64,000 nucleotides of DNA, taken from the NCBI RefSeq assembly GCF_006345805.1, contig NC_043014.1, forward strand, positions 11,842,001 through 11,906,000, in the 5' to 3' direction. The DNA is from Octopus sinensis (Eukaryota). Both the position numbers and the translations under genes were made by a program. This document shows, piece after piece, positions 1 through 12,430 of this stretch (position 1 is its first letter; each line of letters begins with the position of its first letter). Below the pieces are notes generated by a model, which saw only the letters and a program-made list of their open reading frames with translations, was not told the DNA's origin and ran no database searches.

Positions 1-12
1 AAATAAAACAAG

Positions 13-50
13 TCTTTTACGTTTCGAGCCTACGCTCTTCAACAGAAAGA
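13..50 (-). ncRNA. Hammerhead-like fold, second family (CUGUUGA core variant)
   Basis: Reverse complement: TCTTT-CTGTTGA-A-GAGC(GTAG)GCTC-GAAACGTA^AAAGA; perfect 5-bp stem I. Confidence 0.4.
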
Positions 51-95
51 TACACAGAAAAGAAACACGGAAAGAAACAAGGAGAAAAAAAATGC

Positions 96-132
<37 letters not shown>

Positions 133-444
133 GTTTAAAACACTTATGTGGAAATATTCGTATGTCATCTTTTGCAGCTTAACTTTTCTAATATTTGGCA
201 TGTTGCCTTCATATGAACAGTAACAACACACGTCTGAATATCGGACCAATCATAACGCTCATGTTTTTATGTATAAATATATGTCAAAACGGGTCGCTCA
301 GTGGTTAGAGTGTCGGGTTCTCAATCGTGAGGTTGTGAGTTCGAATCCCAGACCGGGCCGCATGTTGTGTTCTTGAGCAAGACACTTTATTTCACGTTGC
401 TCCAGTTCACTCACCTGTAGAAATGATTTGCGACGTCACAGTGC

Positions 445-960
445 TGACCACACCACTGCCGCCATCACCATCATCACCATCACCAACAACAATTTTACCA
501 CTAACATCACCACCACCACCACCACTACTACTACCACTACCACCAGCAACAGCATCACCAATACCACTACCACCACCACTACCAACATCACCATCATCAT
601 TTCCAACACTATCACCAACAATGACAATACAACTACCACAGCCGCCGCCACCGCCACAGCCAGCACCGACTCCACAGCCGCCAACGCCACTAACAACAAT
701 ACAATCACCACTACCACCACCACCACCACCATCACCACCACCACCACCACCACCACCAGCATCGTCATCAATAATAACAACAACAACACCAAGCAGCAGA
801 AACAAAATCGCCACCATCTCCATTCACATCACCCCCCCACCACCAAGAAAACTAACACTTTTCTGCACCACCACCACCACCATTATCACTTTTACCACCG
901 CCATTTTCACCACCACCACCTCCACCATTTCAATCATCGCCATTATTTCCACCACCACCT
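445..960. repeat. Degenerate (ACC/AAC)n trinucleotide tract
   Basis: Directly visible; explains the poly-T/P/H/V/G ORFs. Similar tracts: (GGT)n at 13275-13820 and (TAG)n at 14280-14390. Confidence 0.95.
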
Positions 961-1391
961 GCATCTCTACCAAGTACGACAACATCCTCATAACTTCTTG
1001 GTAAAATCTGAATCGTAAGCCTATTATACGAAGCCAAATGTAGCGTTATGTAAATTATTTATATAGCGAAATCCGGAATTCAAGAACAGTCGATGATGGT
1101 GATGGTGGTTGTGGTGGAGCCAGCATGGTTAGCGATAAATCAAAGAAGAGAATGAGGAATGCTGAATAAATTAAATTGCCATATGGAGGAATAGAAAGGG
1201 TGATGCTATGGGCTCCATGAAGAATTTCCAGCAAGACGAGGGAATTAGACTGGGATGGTGGTGTGTCTAATAGTATAGTGAATGTCTAATTGTGTATGTC
1301 GGATGCCATTTCTGTCTTCGTCTGTCGCTTGCTTTTTTTTTCATTCTGTCTATCGATTAGACACGCGTGCACATGCACACACACATGCATG

Positions 1392-1422
<31 letters not shown>

Positions 1423-3234
1423 ACACATAAACATGCAGAAACTCGCATATATAAGGTTAACACATATGGCGTATAATATGTCTTCTACTATAGCCTCGGG
1501 CCGACCAAAGCTTTGTGAGTGGATTTGGTAGACGGAAACTGAAAGAAGCCCGTCGTATATATAAGTATATGTATATATATGTATGTGCGTGTATATGTTT
1601 GTGTGTCTGTGTTTGTCCCCCCAACTTCGCTTGTCAACCGATGGTGGTGTGTTTAGGTCCCCGTAACTTAGCGGTTCGGTAAAAGAGACCGATAGAATAA
1701 GTACTAGGCTTCCAAAGAATAAGTCCTGGGGTCGATTTGTTCGACTAAAAAGCGATGTTCCAGCATGGCCACAGTCAAATGACTGAAACAAGTAAAAGAG
1801 TAAAAAGAGTGAGTAGTCGCAATGAGGATATTCAAATCTCTTATAGGGATATTTATCCAAGATACATTGGTTTAATATATTAAATTTTGAAGAGATAATT
1901 CTTCAGTGAATATATTATATAGAATATCGTAAGCTATCAAACATTTTGATTGAGTTAGAAAACAGAGATGGATATAAATTATTTTGTTAATTAACTAGCA
2001 AGAGTAACCGGCGTTGTCGAGTATTAAATACTCGGCAATGGTCTTAATAGGTTTTACCATTTTTTTTCGTTGTACATCTCTGAATATTTTTTGCGTTAAG
2101 TTGCAAACATTGACATTGAGGCAGAAGTGATTTTTCCTTAGATCATAAATAAAGTAGAAACAACGGAGTGAAAAGCCTTGGAGAAGCCACAAGAGCATCG
2201 CAGGGGGTGCAACAATTGAATATAAAGTGGCCCTGAAAAGGGCTGAATTATCGTTTTCACAATAGCTCTGAAAAGGACTGTTAACCATTCACAGGTATAA
2301 ACGTCCTTTATCGTTCACATGAAAAGCAGTAGTTGCACTGATTACAAAACTCAAGCCATCTGCAAGGAAATTGAGAAGATGTAGTGAACAAAATAAGAAA
2401 AAAAAAAGACTTAAGAAAAACAGGTAATTTTGAAAGAATGGCAACAGTAGTACTCACTTATCATAAACCGGTTCGGTAGGGAAGCTGCGGCATGAATTCG
2501 CAATTGTTGGTCATACGCGGATGAATTCTGTGCAAATTGGAGTCTCCTAACGTTATCGGAAGGATGAGTAAATAATGTGTAAAGTTTGAACGCAATCCAC
2601 CGAAGTAGTGAGAAGTTTTTGAAGATTTAAAAGGGAAAAAGTGTATAAAAATCAATGTTTCCACAGGTTTTCGCGGTTTTTTTGTCACACAGGTATACGT
2701 TTGGACATAAAACAGATACTTGATAGAACCGCCGTTACATGGTGGTTTTTAGCTATAAAAAAACCCCCAAGGAAATCGGACTTTCCAGTAAAAAATTTTC
2801 TACCATGTAACTTAGCAAAAATGCCAAAAATCGATTTTTTCCAAAGTTTTTTTGCAATTTTCTTGGGAATCAGAAGCGTCAAGACAGTGCCAAAATATTT
2901 GTCTGAAATGACGCAACATGATGGTCCTTTTGACACCAGAATTATAAAAATCGGACGTTCCTGTAAAAACCTTTCTCAAGTGCAACTTTTGCCTGTTTTG
3001 CAAAAAGTAGGGGTCCCTTCAGTTTTATTGATTTTTCTCCTAGAAGGATGTATCTCTAGGAATCGGTTATGTAGGCAGTGACCTGCCTGAGTAAATTTGC
3101 CATTTTATAAAAAAAATTTCATCAAAAACGGACGAAAAATGTGGTAACGCATAAAAAGCATACACATACACACACACACAGACAGTTTGAGTTTTATAGA
3201 TATAGATGACTGGTCTCAATTTGTTTATAAAAAG

Positions 3235-3650
3235 GATTTTCATGATTTGGAAGGTGACCCTGTTGCGTTGATTGGTACCGATGGATACCTTAATATCCTG
3301 GGTCTGGCACATCTTCAGGTGTTTCTTTATTGAAGTGTCCGTGTACATATGTTTTTTATTCGAATATGCAATTTCCTGGTACTCCCTATGTAGAATTCCC
3401 CACATTGCAAACTACATCTTCTAAAACCTAGGCACCGGACATGTTTTGACATCGATGATGGGGCATATAGATAGTGCGCAGCCCACGATGCTATCTGTGG
3501 TATTATTCCTCGACAGAAATTTCCTCAGAGATTGACCGGTGTTTGCTTTGGCTTATTTTCCTATTCCATTTGTAGCTTACTTTGTACTTTCTCACATTGT
3601 TCCGGCCTTACACAACAACCTTCTTTAAAGTTATACCACACGATGCTTCA
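3235..3650 (-). pseudogene. Decayed GIY-YIG endonuclease of a Penelope-like element
   Basis: The minus strand with a frameshift reads SLRKFLSRNN...CALSICPIID and then CSLQCGEFYIGSTRKLHIRIK (YIG motif at 3384-3392), matching the PLE EN YIG.T.R.L..RI pattern. Confidence 0.65.
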
Positions 3651-3664
3651 TCAAATTTTCTCCA

Positions 3665-3700
<36 letters not shown>

Positions 3701-3801
3701 TGTGAAATTTGATTTAGTATTACTAAATTGAATTTCTGCCTGTAAGTTTGGAATCATATTCCCTAATATTATATATATATATATTATATATATATATATA
3801 T

Positions 3802-3848
<47 letters not shown>

Positions 3849-3930
3849 AAATTAGTATATTTTGAGAATATTTGTGCAAGTTATTACGCTATATCTATTT
3901 TTCATATCAAAATTATTTTACTGATATCGG

Positions 3931-3967
<37 letters not shown>

Positions 3968-3993
3968 CCACCTCGGGATCTTCTTTCTCCTAT

Positions 3994-4028
3994 GTTTCCG
4001 ACGAAGAGCTCCGCTCGAAACGTCATAC
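3994..4028 (+). ncRNA. Minimal PLE-type hammerhead (U4C variant)
   Basis: GTTT-CCGACGA-A-GAGC(TCC)GCTC-GAAACGTC^ATAC; one mismatch in stem I. Lies inside a TA-flanked repeat at 3965-4122. Confidence 0.45.
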
Positions 4029-4613
4029 CCTCCTTCTTCCCTTCTTTCCTGAGCGTCCAATAATACTTTATTTGTTCCACATCCTCGCGTTGTTGTCTTT
4101 TTGTTTTCTTGTTTGGATTAACTATATATATATATATATTATATATATATATCTATATATATATATAATTTTAAAGCTGAGTGTACACATCTGCGCCGAA
4201 TGATGCACTACAACCAGTTGTACAGTATTTCACCCGCGAGGGACCGATGAAAAATGGGTCGAAACGATCGTTGTGATTAATAAAGATTCTCGTGAATTCC
4301 GCTTTCTCCTTCTCTCATTTGTTACACACACACACACGTATGTATGTATGTATGTATGTATGTATGTAGTATGTATGTATGTATGTATGTATGTATGTAT
4401 GTATTATGTATGTATGTATGTATGTATGTATGTATGTATGCATGCATGCATATATGCATATATTGTCTCTTTTATCGAAATATCAGAGTGTATCTGCACA
4501 GCAATTTTGATTTGATAGATATAATTTAAATATTTTAACAAATTTTCTCAAATTATTTCAAAGGAAAACGTTGTAATCACTTATTTTTAATGAAAACAAT
4601 TGAAAAGAGCGGA

Positions 4614-4654
<41 letters not shown>

Positions 4655-5189
4655 GTGTGTGTGTCTGTGTATGTGTGTGTGAGATAGGGCGTTGGCAATT
4701 GTAAATGACAGTATGTTCGGGAAGTGGGGAAGACAAATGCATTTACTGCAATGATTCTGCAGTCGTTATGAACAAAGCTTGTGCGAGAGGAGGTAAAAAC
4801 AAGGGTTGAAAACATTGACAAAAAAAAGGTTAATATATTAGCCATCAATAATCGCAAATTCGATTTTGACAGAAAATAATCAAAACCTTTGATTATTCAA
4901 AGAGCATGGTTATCGCGTTTGTCTATAAGAAAATGAAATTTTTAGACGTGGCTGTGTGATAATGTTCAGTCCTGTAACATAGCTATTCGGCAAAAGAGAC
5001 CGACAGAATAAATATCGGTCTTGAAATAAAGTGAAAGACGTACTGGGGTTAATTCATTCGACTAAAAATTCTTCATGGCCGCAGTCTAATGACTAAATTT
5101 TCACAAATATTCTCAAAATATTTTAAAGAAAACTTCTGTAATCATGCATTTTTAAGGAAAGCAGTTGGCGAGAGTAGAGAGCGAACATG

Positions 5190-5312
5190 TGCGTGTGTGC
5201 GAGAAAGAGAGGGGGAGGAGAGAGAGAGGAGAGAGAGGGAGGAGTTAGATAGGAGAGAGCGGGAGAGAGAGAGGGAGGAGAGAGAATAGAGAGAGGGTGG
5301 AGAGAGAGAGAC

Positions 5313-5343
<31 letters not shown>

Positions 5344-5730
5344 GAGACAGGTAGACAGAGACAGAGAGAGGGGGAAAAGGGACGTATGTTGGGAAGAAGG
5401 AAAATATTTCAATGAAAACAATCGAACAGAGGAGTCTAGAACGAGCGAGCGAGAGAAAAAGGGGGAGGGGGCAGACAGAGGGAACGGAGAGAGGGGAACG
5501 GAGAGAGGTGAACGGAGAGAGGGGAACGGAGAGAGAGGGAGAGAGGGGCATGGAGAGAAGGAAAGGGATAGGGGGAGAGAGGGGAAAGGAGATAGGGAGA
5601 GGAGGAAAGGAGAGAGGAGAAAAGTGAGGGAGAGAGAGAAGGGGAAGAGAGAAGGAAACCGAGAGAGAAACCGAGAGAGAGATAAAGAGAGAGGGAAACC
5701 GAGAGAGAGAAAGAGAGAGGGAGATGGAGG
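5190..5730. repeat. Purine-rich (GA/GGA)n low-complexity tract
   Basis: Directly visible; one strand is almost entirely purine. Confidence 0.95.
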
Positions 5731-6329
5731 GACAGACCCATGTTGCAGCATTACCTTTACTATAGTATTCTTCTGCTATCATCCCGGGCCGACCATTATC
5801 TTGTGAGTGAATCTTGCAAACGGAAACTATGCGGAAGCCTGTCATGTATAGATGTGTATGTGTTTGTATTTGTGTGAGTGTGTTGTGTGAGAGACTGACA
5901 AACAGACTTTGTGCCTGTATTTGTTGCTTCTCACACCGCTTGACAACCGGTATTGGTTTGTTTACGTTCCTGTATCTTAGCGCTTCGGCAAAAGATACCG
6001 AACGAATAAAGTATCAAACTTTAAAAGAAAAACTTAAGTACAGGATGAATTTCTTCGACTAAAGCCCTCCATGGCAGTACTCCAACATGGCCGCAGTCCG
6101 ATGTGTGAAAGAAGCAAAAGATCAAAGATAGAAGAGAAACAGGAAAGTTGCGATTATAAAGTAGTTTGATCACTAGCGTAGATAGAGTGTGTGCCGCCCG
6201 GGGTGGTCCTTCCGTTTGCCGCTCCGGACACCACAAAAAACACATTGCCTACAGCAGAGCCAAAAGTCATGCATTTTCAGTAATTTTTGTCTTATAATAT
6301 CGGGGATTATCGCATACCGGATTATTTTA

Positions 6330-7140
6330 AGATAATCTGCCCTGGTATTTTGTCTGTCTTTACGTTCTGTGTTCAAATTCCGCCAAGGTCGACTTTGCCT
6401 TTCATCCTTTCGGGGTCGATAAATTAAGTACCAGTTGCATACTGGGGTCGATCTAATCGACTGGCCCTCTCCCACCAAGTTTCGGGCCTTGTGCCTAGAG
6501 TAGAAGGGAATATAATCTATCTTCAAGGGGGCGAGCTGGCAGAAACGTTAGCAGGCTGGGCGAAATGCTTAGCGGCATTTCGTCTGCGTTACGGTCTGAG
6601 TTCAAATTCCGCCGAGGTCGACTTTGCCTTTCATCTTTTCAGGCTCGATTAAATAAGTACCAGTTACGCACTGAGGTCGATATAATCGTCTTAATCCGTT
6701 TGTCTGTCCTTGTTTATTCCCTGTGTGTGTAGCCCCTCGTGGGTAGTAAAGAAATAAGAAATGTTAGCACGCTGGTCGAAATGCTTAGCAGTATTTCGTC
6801 TGCGTTACGGTCTGAGTTCAAATTCTGCTGAGGTCGACTTTGACTTTCATCCTTTCGGGGTCGATAAATTAAGTACCAGTTACGCACTGGGGTCGATCTA
6901 ATCGACTTAATCCGTTTGTCTGTCCTTGTTTCTCCTCTCTGTGTTTAGCCCCTTGTGGGTAGTAAAGAAATAGGTATTTCGTCTGTCTTTACGTTCTGAG
7001 TTCAAATTCCGCCGAGGTCGATTTGCCTTTCATCCTTTCCGGGTCGATAAATTAAGTACCAGTTGCGTATTGGGGTCGATCTAATCGACTAGTACCCGAC
7101 TCCCTCAAAATTTCGGGCCTTGTGCCTAGAGTAGAAAAGA
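6330..7140 (+). mobile_element. tRNA-derived SINE with Meta-domain-like body, head-to-tail multimer (family M)
   Basis: Head GGCGAGCTGGCAGAAACGTTAGCA, B-box GAGTTCAAATTCC, body GCCTTTCATCCTTTCGGGGTCGATAAATTAAGTACCAG. Other copies at about 7925-8165(-), 12940-13075, 17020-17770, 18365-18800, 19425-19640, 21745-21950(-), 23120-23350(-), 25150-25440(-), 27695-27925(-), 28945-29590, 33005-33375(-), 38088-38290, 53535-53770(-). Confidence 0.85.
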
Positions 7141-8834
7141 ATATAATTTATCCTGGCTTATAGCCTACAACAGGATGAAAAGTGCCGCCCCTTCAAAAGT
7201 GCCGCCCGGGGCAGACCACCCCTATCTCACCCACTCCTAGCTACGCTAGTGAGTTTGATCTGTGCAACGAACAAAACTCAGCTCTGGAGTCATTTGTGTA
7301 CATTTTCAGCCGTATCGTGTGTGTGTGTGTTGTGTGTGTGTGTGTGTGTGAGTGTTTGTGTGTGTGTGTGAGTGTTTGTGTGTGTAAGTGTTTGCGTAAG
7401 CCCATTCTGTACAAATACACCGTCATGCGTCAACAGCATACACATCAGCAAACACCTACACACATGCTGATTAACATAGACATAGACACCCGCGCACACA
7501 TACATAAGCACATGAACATACATCTGCGAATGAGACAATACCACACACACACACACACACACACAATAAGACCTGTCTACGTCTGTTTCTGACACGTCTA
7601 TTCACTCTGGCCTTTACGCAATTTCCCCTAATTTCCATTCTGTTTTACTTCTTTCTGACTGTTGACTTTATTTACATTCTTCTGTCTTGTTAGCCTCATT
7701 TTTTTTTCAGTTTTCATTATATCCACGACTCTCTCTCCCTCCCTCCCTCCCCCTCTCTCTCTCTTCATATTTTTTTCTATTGTGTTTCTGCATATACACG
7801 TGCGCAGGCATGTGCATACAAAGGCATCGCTGGGGTTGGGAGTCGGGGGTTAAGAAGTTCGCTTTGCAACCACGTAGCTTCGGGTTCCTACTGTACAGGC
7901 ACCTTAAAGAACCGACTTCTATTATAGCTCCAGCCATACCTATTTCTTTATTACCCACAAGGGGCTAAACATAGAGGGGACAAACAAGGACAGACATAGG
8001 TATTAAGTCGATTACATCGACCCCAGTGCGTAACTGCTACTTAATTTATCGACCCCGAAAGGATGAAAGGCAAAGTCGACCTCAGCGGAATTTGAACTCA
8101 CAACGTTGCGCCAGACGAAATACCGCTCAGCATTTCGCCCGGCACGCTAACGTTTCTGCCAGCTCCAGCCATACCAGTACCTTGTGACTGGTTTTGCCAA
8201 ACAGGAACAACCTGCGGGAGAAGTTCAGAAGGGATGTTCATCAACAGTTATGTCTCTTGGACAGGGATCAGAGCGCTTTCATAGTGAAAGGATTAACTGC
8301 CTACAGAGTGAAATTGGGAGGGAGCTAGGATGCGGATGGCGTATGTGTATGTCCATGAGGGGCTTGGAAAGTATTGATGTGGGTGGTCCACCTTAAAATC
8401 ATGTGTGGACACGTATGTGTATATGTATGTTTGTGTCTGTGTGTAATAAGTTGGGTGTGGCAAACCTTGTGCTGCACCCTCAGACTGGCGGTGCAAGGTA
8501 CTGATGTCTGAAACTTAACGTTTTACATTCATGATGCAGTCTTCAGGTAACCACACACATATTTCCTTCATTGTGAGGAGGGTAGGAAAATTTTATTTTA
8601 GGTAGGTATTCTAGTGGAGAGTCCTATAACATAATTCTTTTCTTCACCAGGCACAGCCTGCACCTCTTACGGTTATCGAAGTAAAATTTGCACCTTTCTT
8701 CTACTCTCGATTAAATAAGTACCAGTTACGTACTGGAGTCGATGTAATCGACTTAATCCCTTTGTCTGTCCTTGTTAGTCCCGTCTATGTTTAGCTCCTT
8801 GTGGGCAATAAAGAAATAAATATAATCTATTCTG

Positions 8835-9066
8835 CAACATGTGGCGCGTTCTTTCGCCGACCATATATGGCTGATCTGGAACCCAACCTAGGCCCCCATA
8901 TCTACGGCGTTCGCCGCTGGAATAAGGAGTGGTTGGAGATCACGCGTCCGTTAGCCTCAAATCGCCAGGCCTGGTCGGCGTTTGTGAGTGATGCAGCATT
9001 GAGGATGAATGAAGCCAGCTCAACCTACCCCGGGTGAATGCTGTCTCAAGACAAGACAAGACAAGA
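8835..9066 (+). mobile_element. RTE-clade LINE 3' terminus (5'-truncated)
   Basis: DLEPNLGPHIYGVRRWNKEWLEITRPLASNRQAWSAFVSDAA...STYPG* (TGA 9035-9037) followed by a (CAAGA)n tail. Confidence 0.7.
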
Positions 9067-10074
9067 AAAATATATGTCTATCAAGGATTGGCATTTCGCG
9101 TCTCCTCGATAATAAAGGTTGCTAAATTTGGCACCCAAAGGATTTTCTGTCGTGTCCACATATTTTTCAGGTCTGTTTGCTTGCTGGGATCTTTTGACAT
9201 TACCATCGCTTCATATATGACTGTGTGTTTCATTGACCGTTAAGTGGACATGCGTTGCTGTTTCCGAACGAGCTTCCTGCCCCTGTCTCAGATATGGGCC
9301 TTCACACTACGATATTTTTCATGCTAGGCGTACAGCTAAAACAAACTTTGAAGATACGTCTATTAAATACATTTTTGGATTTATGAGTTTGGGAAAGTAT
9401 TTATCGACTAAATTAAGAAAGATTAGTGAAGGAAAATTATTAATATTCATTTTCTATTTCTACCGCTTAGAGCGACTTGATGAGATAATTCAGCGACTAT
9501 AACCAGACTCGAGTATTGCGTAACACCGTCATACAGAAATGATATAAGTTTATTTCCTAAGTCTAAGTATGCGAAGCTTCGCCATGCGATACGCACGTGG
9601 CAGCTACATTCGCTGAATTATCGCAAAAACTCGTTATAAACGGTGTAAACAGAAACTGAACGTTAAATCAATATTTTCATTCGTTGGTGTAAACTTCTGT
9701 GTAGATAATATGTCAGAAGCTCTTGAATGTTTGGATGGTTGCAAATTGGCTCCGAGACACGATGAAAATTACACGGTTGACTGACAATGGTAAATATTTT
9801 TTATTTTTCTCACTGGTGTACCCGCAACGCAACAAGCTTTATTAACTAAGGGAGGTTAGTTGGGCATAAAAGTAACAGTTATTCTGCGTTGACACTTTTA
9901 CTGAGAAAGAGTGTGAGTGGACAAGTGGAAATGAAACGAAGCAAAAATTTAATAAACGTTAATTTCCTCACGAAATCAGATGTACTCTTAAGATATCCAA
10001 ATGGGCCGCATGCGGCCCGTGGACTGCAGTTTGCTCATGACTGCCCTGTACAAAAGAACCACTCAGCATCAAAG

Positions 10075-10445
10075 TCTCCATCAAAAGAAGTGCACTTGCG
10101 TCACTTTGAACCCAACTCTTGAATCCTCTTTGAAAATATTCCGATGTGCGCAGTTGCAGCCATTTTTTCACCGTCACTTTTACCTCCGTTATGTCACCAA
10201 ATCATGGTTCCTGATGACTATCCCTCCTTGGATCCAACAGGTGGAAGTCAGAGCCCAGTTGACCAATTGCTTGATTTGTTGCCAAAGATAGATATGGTCA
10301 CGTACTGCTATGGTGAATGCAGATCGCTTTCAGATTCTTTTTCAGTCTCGTCCTCTTTATGGCTTCTTTAAGCTTTCCGATTGCCTCAATGTACGACTCG
10401 ATGTTCATGGCACACTACGTTCCAGAAAAACCAAGGACAATGACA
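10075..10445 (-). pseudogene. Tc1/mariner transposase C-terminal fragment
   Basis: ESYIEAIGKLKEAIKRTR...HH... and EVKVTVKKWLQLRTSEYFQRGFKSWVQ, the mariner EV...V..WL......F...G...LV pattern. Confidence 0.65.
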
Positions 10446-10461
10446 TCCTTGTCATACTCCG

Positions 10462-10562
<101 letters not shown>

Positions 10563-11119
10563 TAAATAAATAAATAATTACCATGGCTCTTCAAAAAATC
10601 GCAAGCTGTTGAAGTTCCTGGATCTTAGAAAATAACTGTGACGCCATTCCTTGCAGTGGATCTTTATTTCCAAATTAAAGGTGCGCCCTCGTAACATCCT
10701 CTTTCACCAACTCGGGGGAAAGGAAAAAAATACCTTTTTTTTTCATTGGCTTCAAATGCTTCTAGCCGATTGAAGCAGTCTCCCATCCTTCTCTGTTTCA
10801 AATCACGTGACAACTGCGATACCCAAAGTCTTATTCCATCTTCTGTGCTATGATTATAGTCTTGTACAGCAAGCTAACAGAACGTGATTCGTCAATCGGC
10901 GCGAACCACTTCGTCCACCCGCTGTCGATTCGTGTCGGTGGTCGCAATTGTTGGTCTTTCACTGAGCGGTTTGTTTTTAACGTTAGTCTCCCTTTCTTCA
11001 AACTTCTCCAAACATCTGTTAAGGGTGTCGCCTTTGTAAACAACATATAACATGTTGTGAACACAACGTTAAATATGCTTAAAAAACATTATTTGCCTGC
11101 CATAAAGAAGAACATGTCG

Positions 11120-11360
11120 AAGCGCGTGGCTTAGTGGTTAGGGTGTCAGCATCATGATCGTAAAATTGTGGTTTCGATTCCTGGACCGGGTGACGAGTTG
11201 TGCTCTTGAGCAAAAGACGTCATTTCACGTTGCCCCAGTCCGCTCAGCTGGCAAAAATGAGTAACGCTGCGATGGACTGGCGTCCCGTCCAGCTGGGAAG
11301 CACATACGCCAATAAAACCGGGAAACCGGGCCCATGAGCCTGGCTAGGTTTTAAAAGGGT
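11120..11360 (+). mobile_element. tRNA-head CORE-SINE
   Basis: A/B boxes, CORE-like TTGAGCAAGAC...TTCACGTTGC.CCAGT, tail GCGATGGACTGGCGTCCCGTCCAG. Relatives at 290-445, 20630-20940, 28685-28850, 43505-43720, 53915-54195(-). Confidence 0.8.
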
Positions 11361-12064
11361 GCTCTTTACCCTCTTTTACTCGTTTCAGTCATTTGACTGT
11401 GGCCATGCTGGAGCACCGCCTCTAGTCGATCGAGCAAATCGACCACAGGACTTATTCTTTGTAAGCCTAGTACTTATTCTATCGGTCTCTTTTGCCGAAC
11501 CGCTAAGTTATAGGGACGTAAACACACCAGCATCGGTTGTCAAGTGATGTTGAGAGGACAAACACAGACACACAAACATACACACACACACACACGCACA
11601 CACACGTACACACACACGCATATATATTTACATATACACGGCAGGCTTCTTTCAGTTTCCGTCTACCAAATCCACTCACAAGGCTTTGGTCGGCCCGAGG
11701 CTATAGTAGAAAACACTTGCCCAAGGTACCATACATTGGGACTGAACCCGGAACCACGTGGTTCGTAAAGAACAACAAGCAAACGTGTTAATCTACCAAT
11801 ACGTGCAACTGAGAACTATTTATATAAAGTAATATAAAAGTTAAGTCCGCTTTTGCATCACTTCCTGTACATCTCTTGTAGTGAATATGCAGAACGCTAC
11901 GCTACTATGTCCCCCCTCCCCCGCCGCTCAGTTGTATTGTTGATGTATTGGATAGTTGGCTGAGATTTAGTGTTTGGTAAATAAAGACTGGTGCCAAGAC
12001 AAAAGCAAGAAATCTTCACCTTCTGGCACACTGCCAGCAGTTAACATGACTGGTGATATCATTC

Positions 12065-12430
12065 GCTGTGTGTGTGTGTGTGTGTGTAACGTGCCTGTGC
12101 GAAACCTGTGTGAGTGTGGGGAGTTCGTGTGTGCTTCTGGTTCTGACTAATTATGTATGTATGTATGTATGTATTTATATGTATGTATGTATGTGTGTAT
12201 GTGTGTGTATGTATGTGTGTATGTATGTATGTATGTATGTATGTATGTGTGTGTATGTGCGTATGTATGTATGTGTATGTATGTATGTATGTGTGTGTAT
12301 GTATGTTTGTATGTATGTATGTATGTATGTATGTATGTATGTATGTTTGTATGTATGTATGTGTATGTGTGTGCCTGTACGTGTATGTATGTATGTACGT
12401 GCATGTATGTATGTATGTATATGTGTATGC
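12065..12430. repeat. (TATG/TG)n microsatellite
   Basis: Directly visible. Similar tracts at 4335-4440, 20365-20630, 45068-45380; (CA)n at 10461-10560; (TCTA)n at 58552-58805; (TA)n at 48720-48995 and 62160-62490. Confidence 0.95.

Noticed and set aside
290-370. tRNA-like sequences with A and B boxes (also 11125, 19065, 24600, 27265, 41480, 61095)
   Set aside because: SINE heads continuing into SINE bodies; no complete cloverleaf or terminator.
407-1018. Four overlapping 118-196 aa ORFs (Pro/Thr/His/Val/Gly-rich, mucin-like)
   Set aside because: They are all reading frames of one degenerate ACC/AAC repeat; no domain or splice support.
5123-5845. ORFs up to 240 aa rich in E/R/G or L/S/P
   Set aside because: Translation of a GA-rich low-complexity tract plus a SINE.
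9995-10050. GGGCCGCATGCGGCCC palindromes (also 13080-13260, 52140-52270)
   Set aside because: Typical internal and terminal motifs of decayed hAT/Charlie-type MITEs; ends too eroded to annotate.
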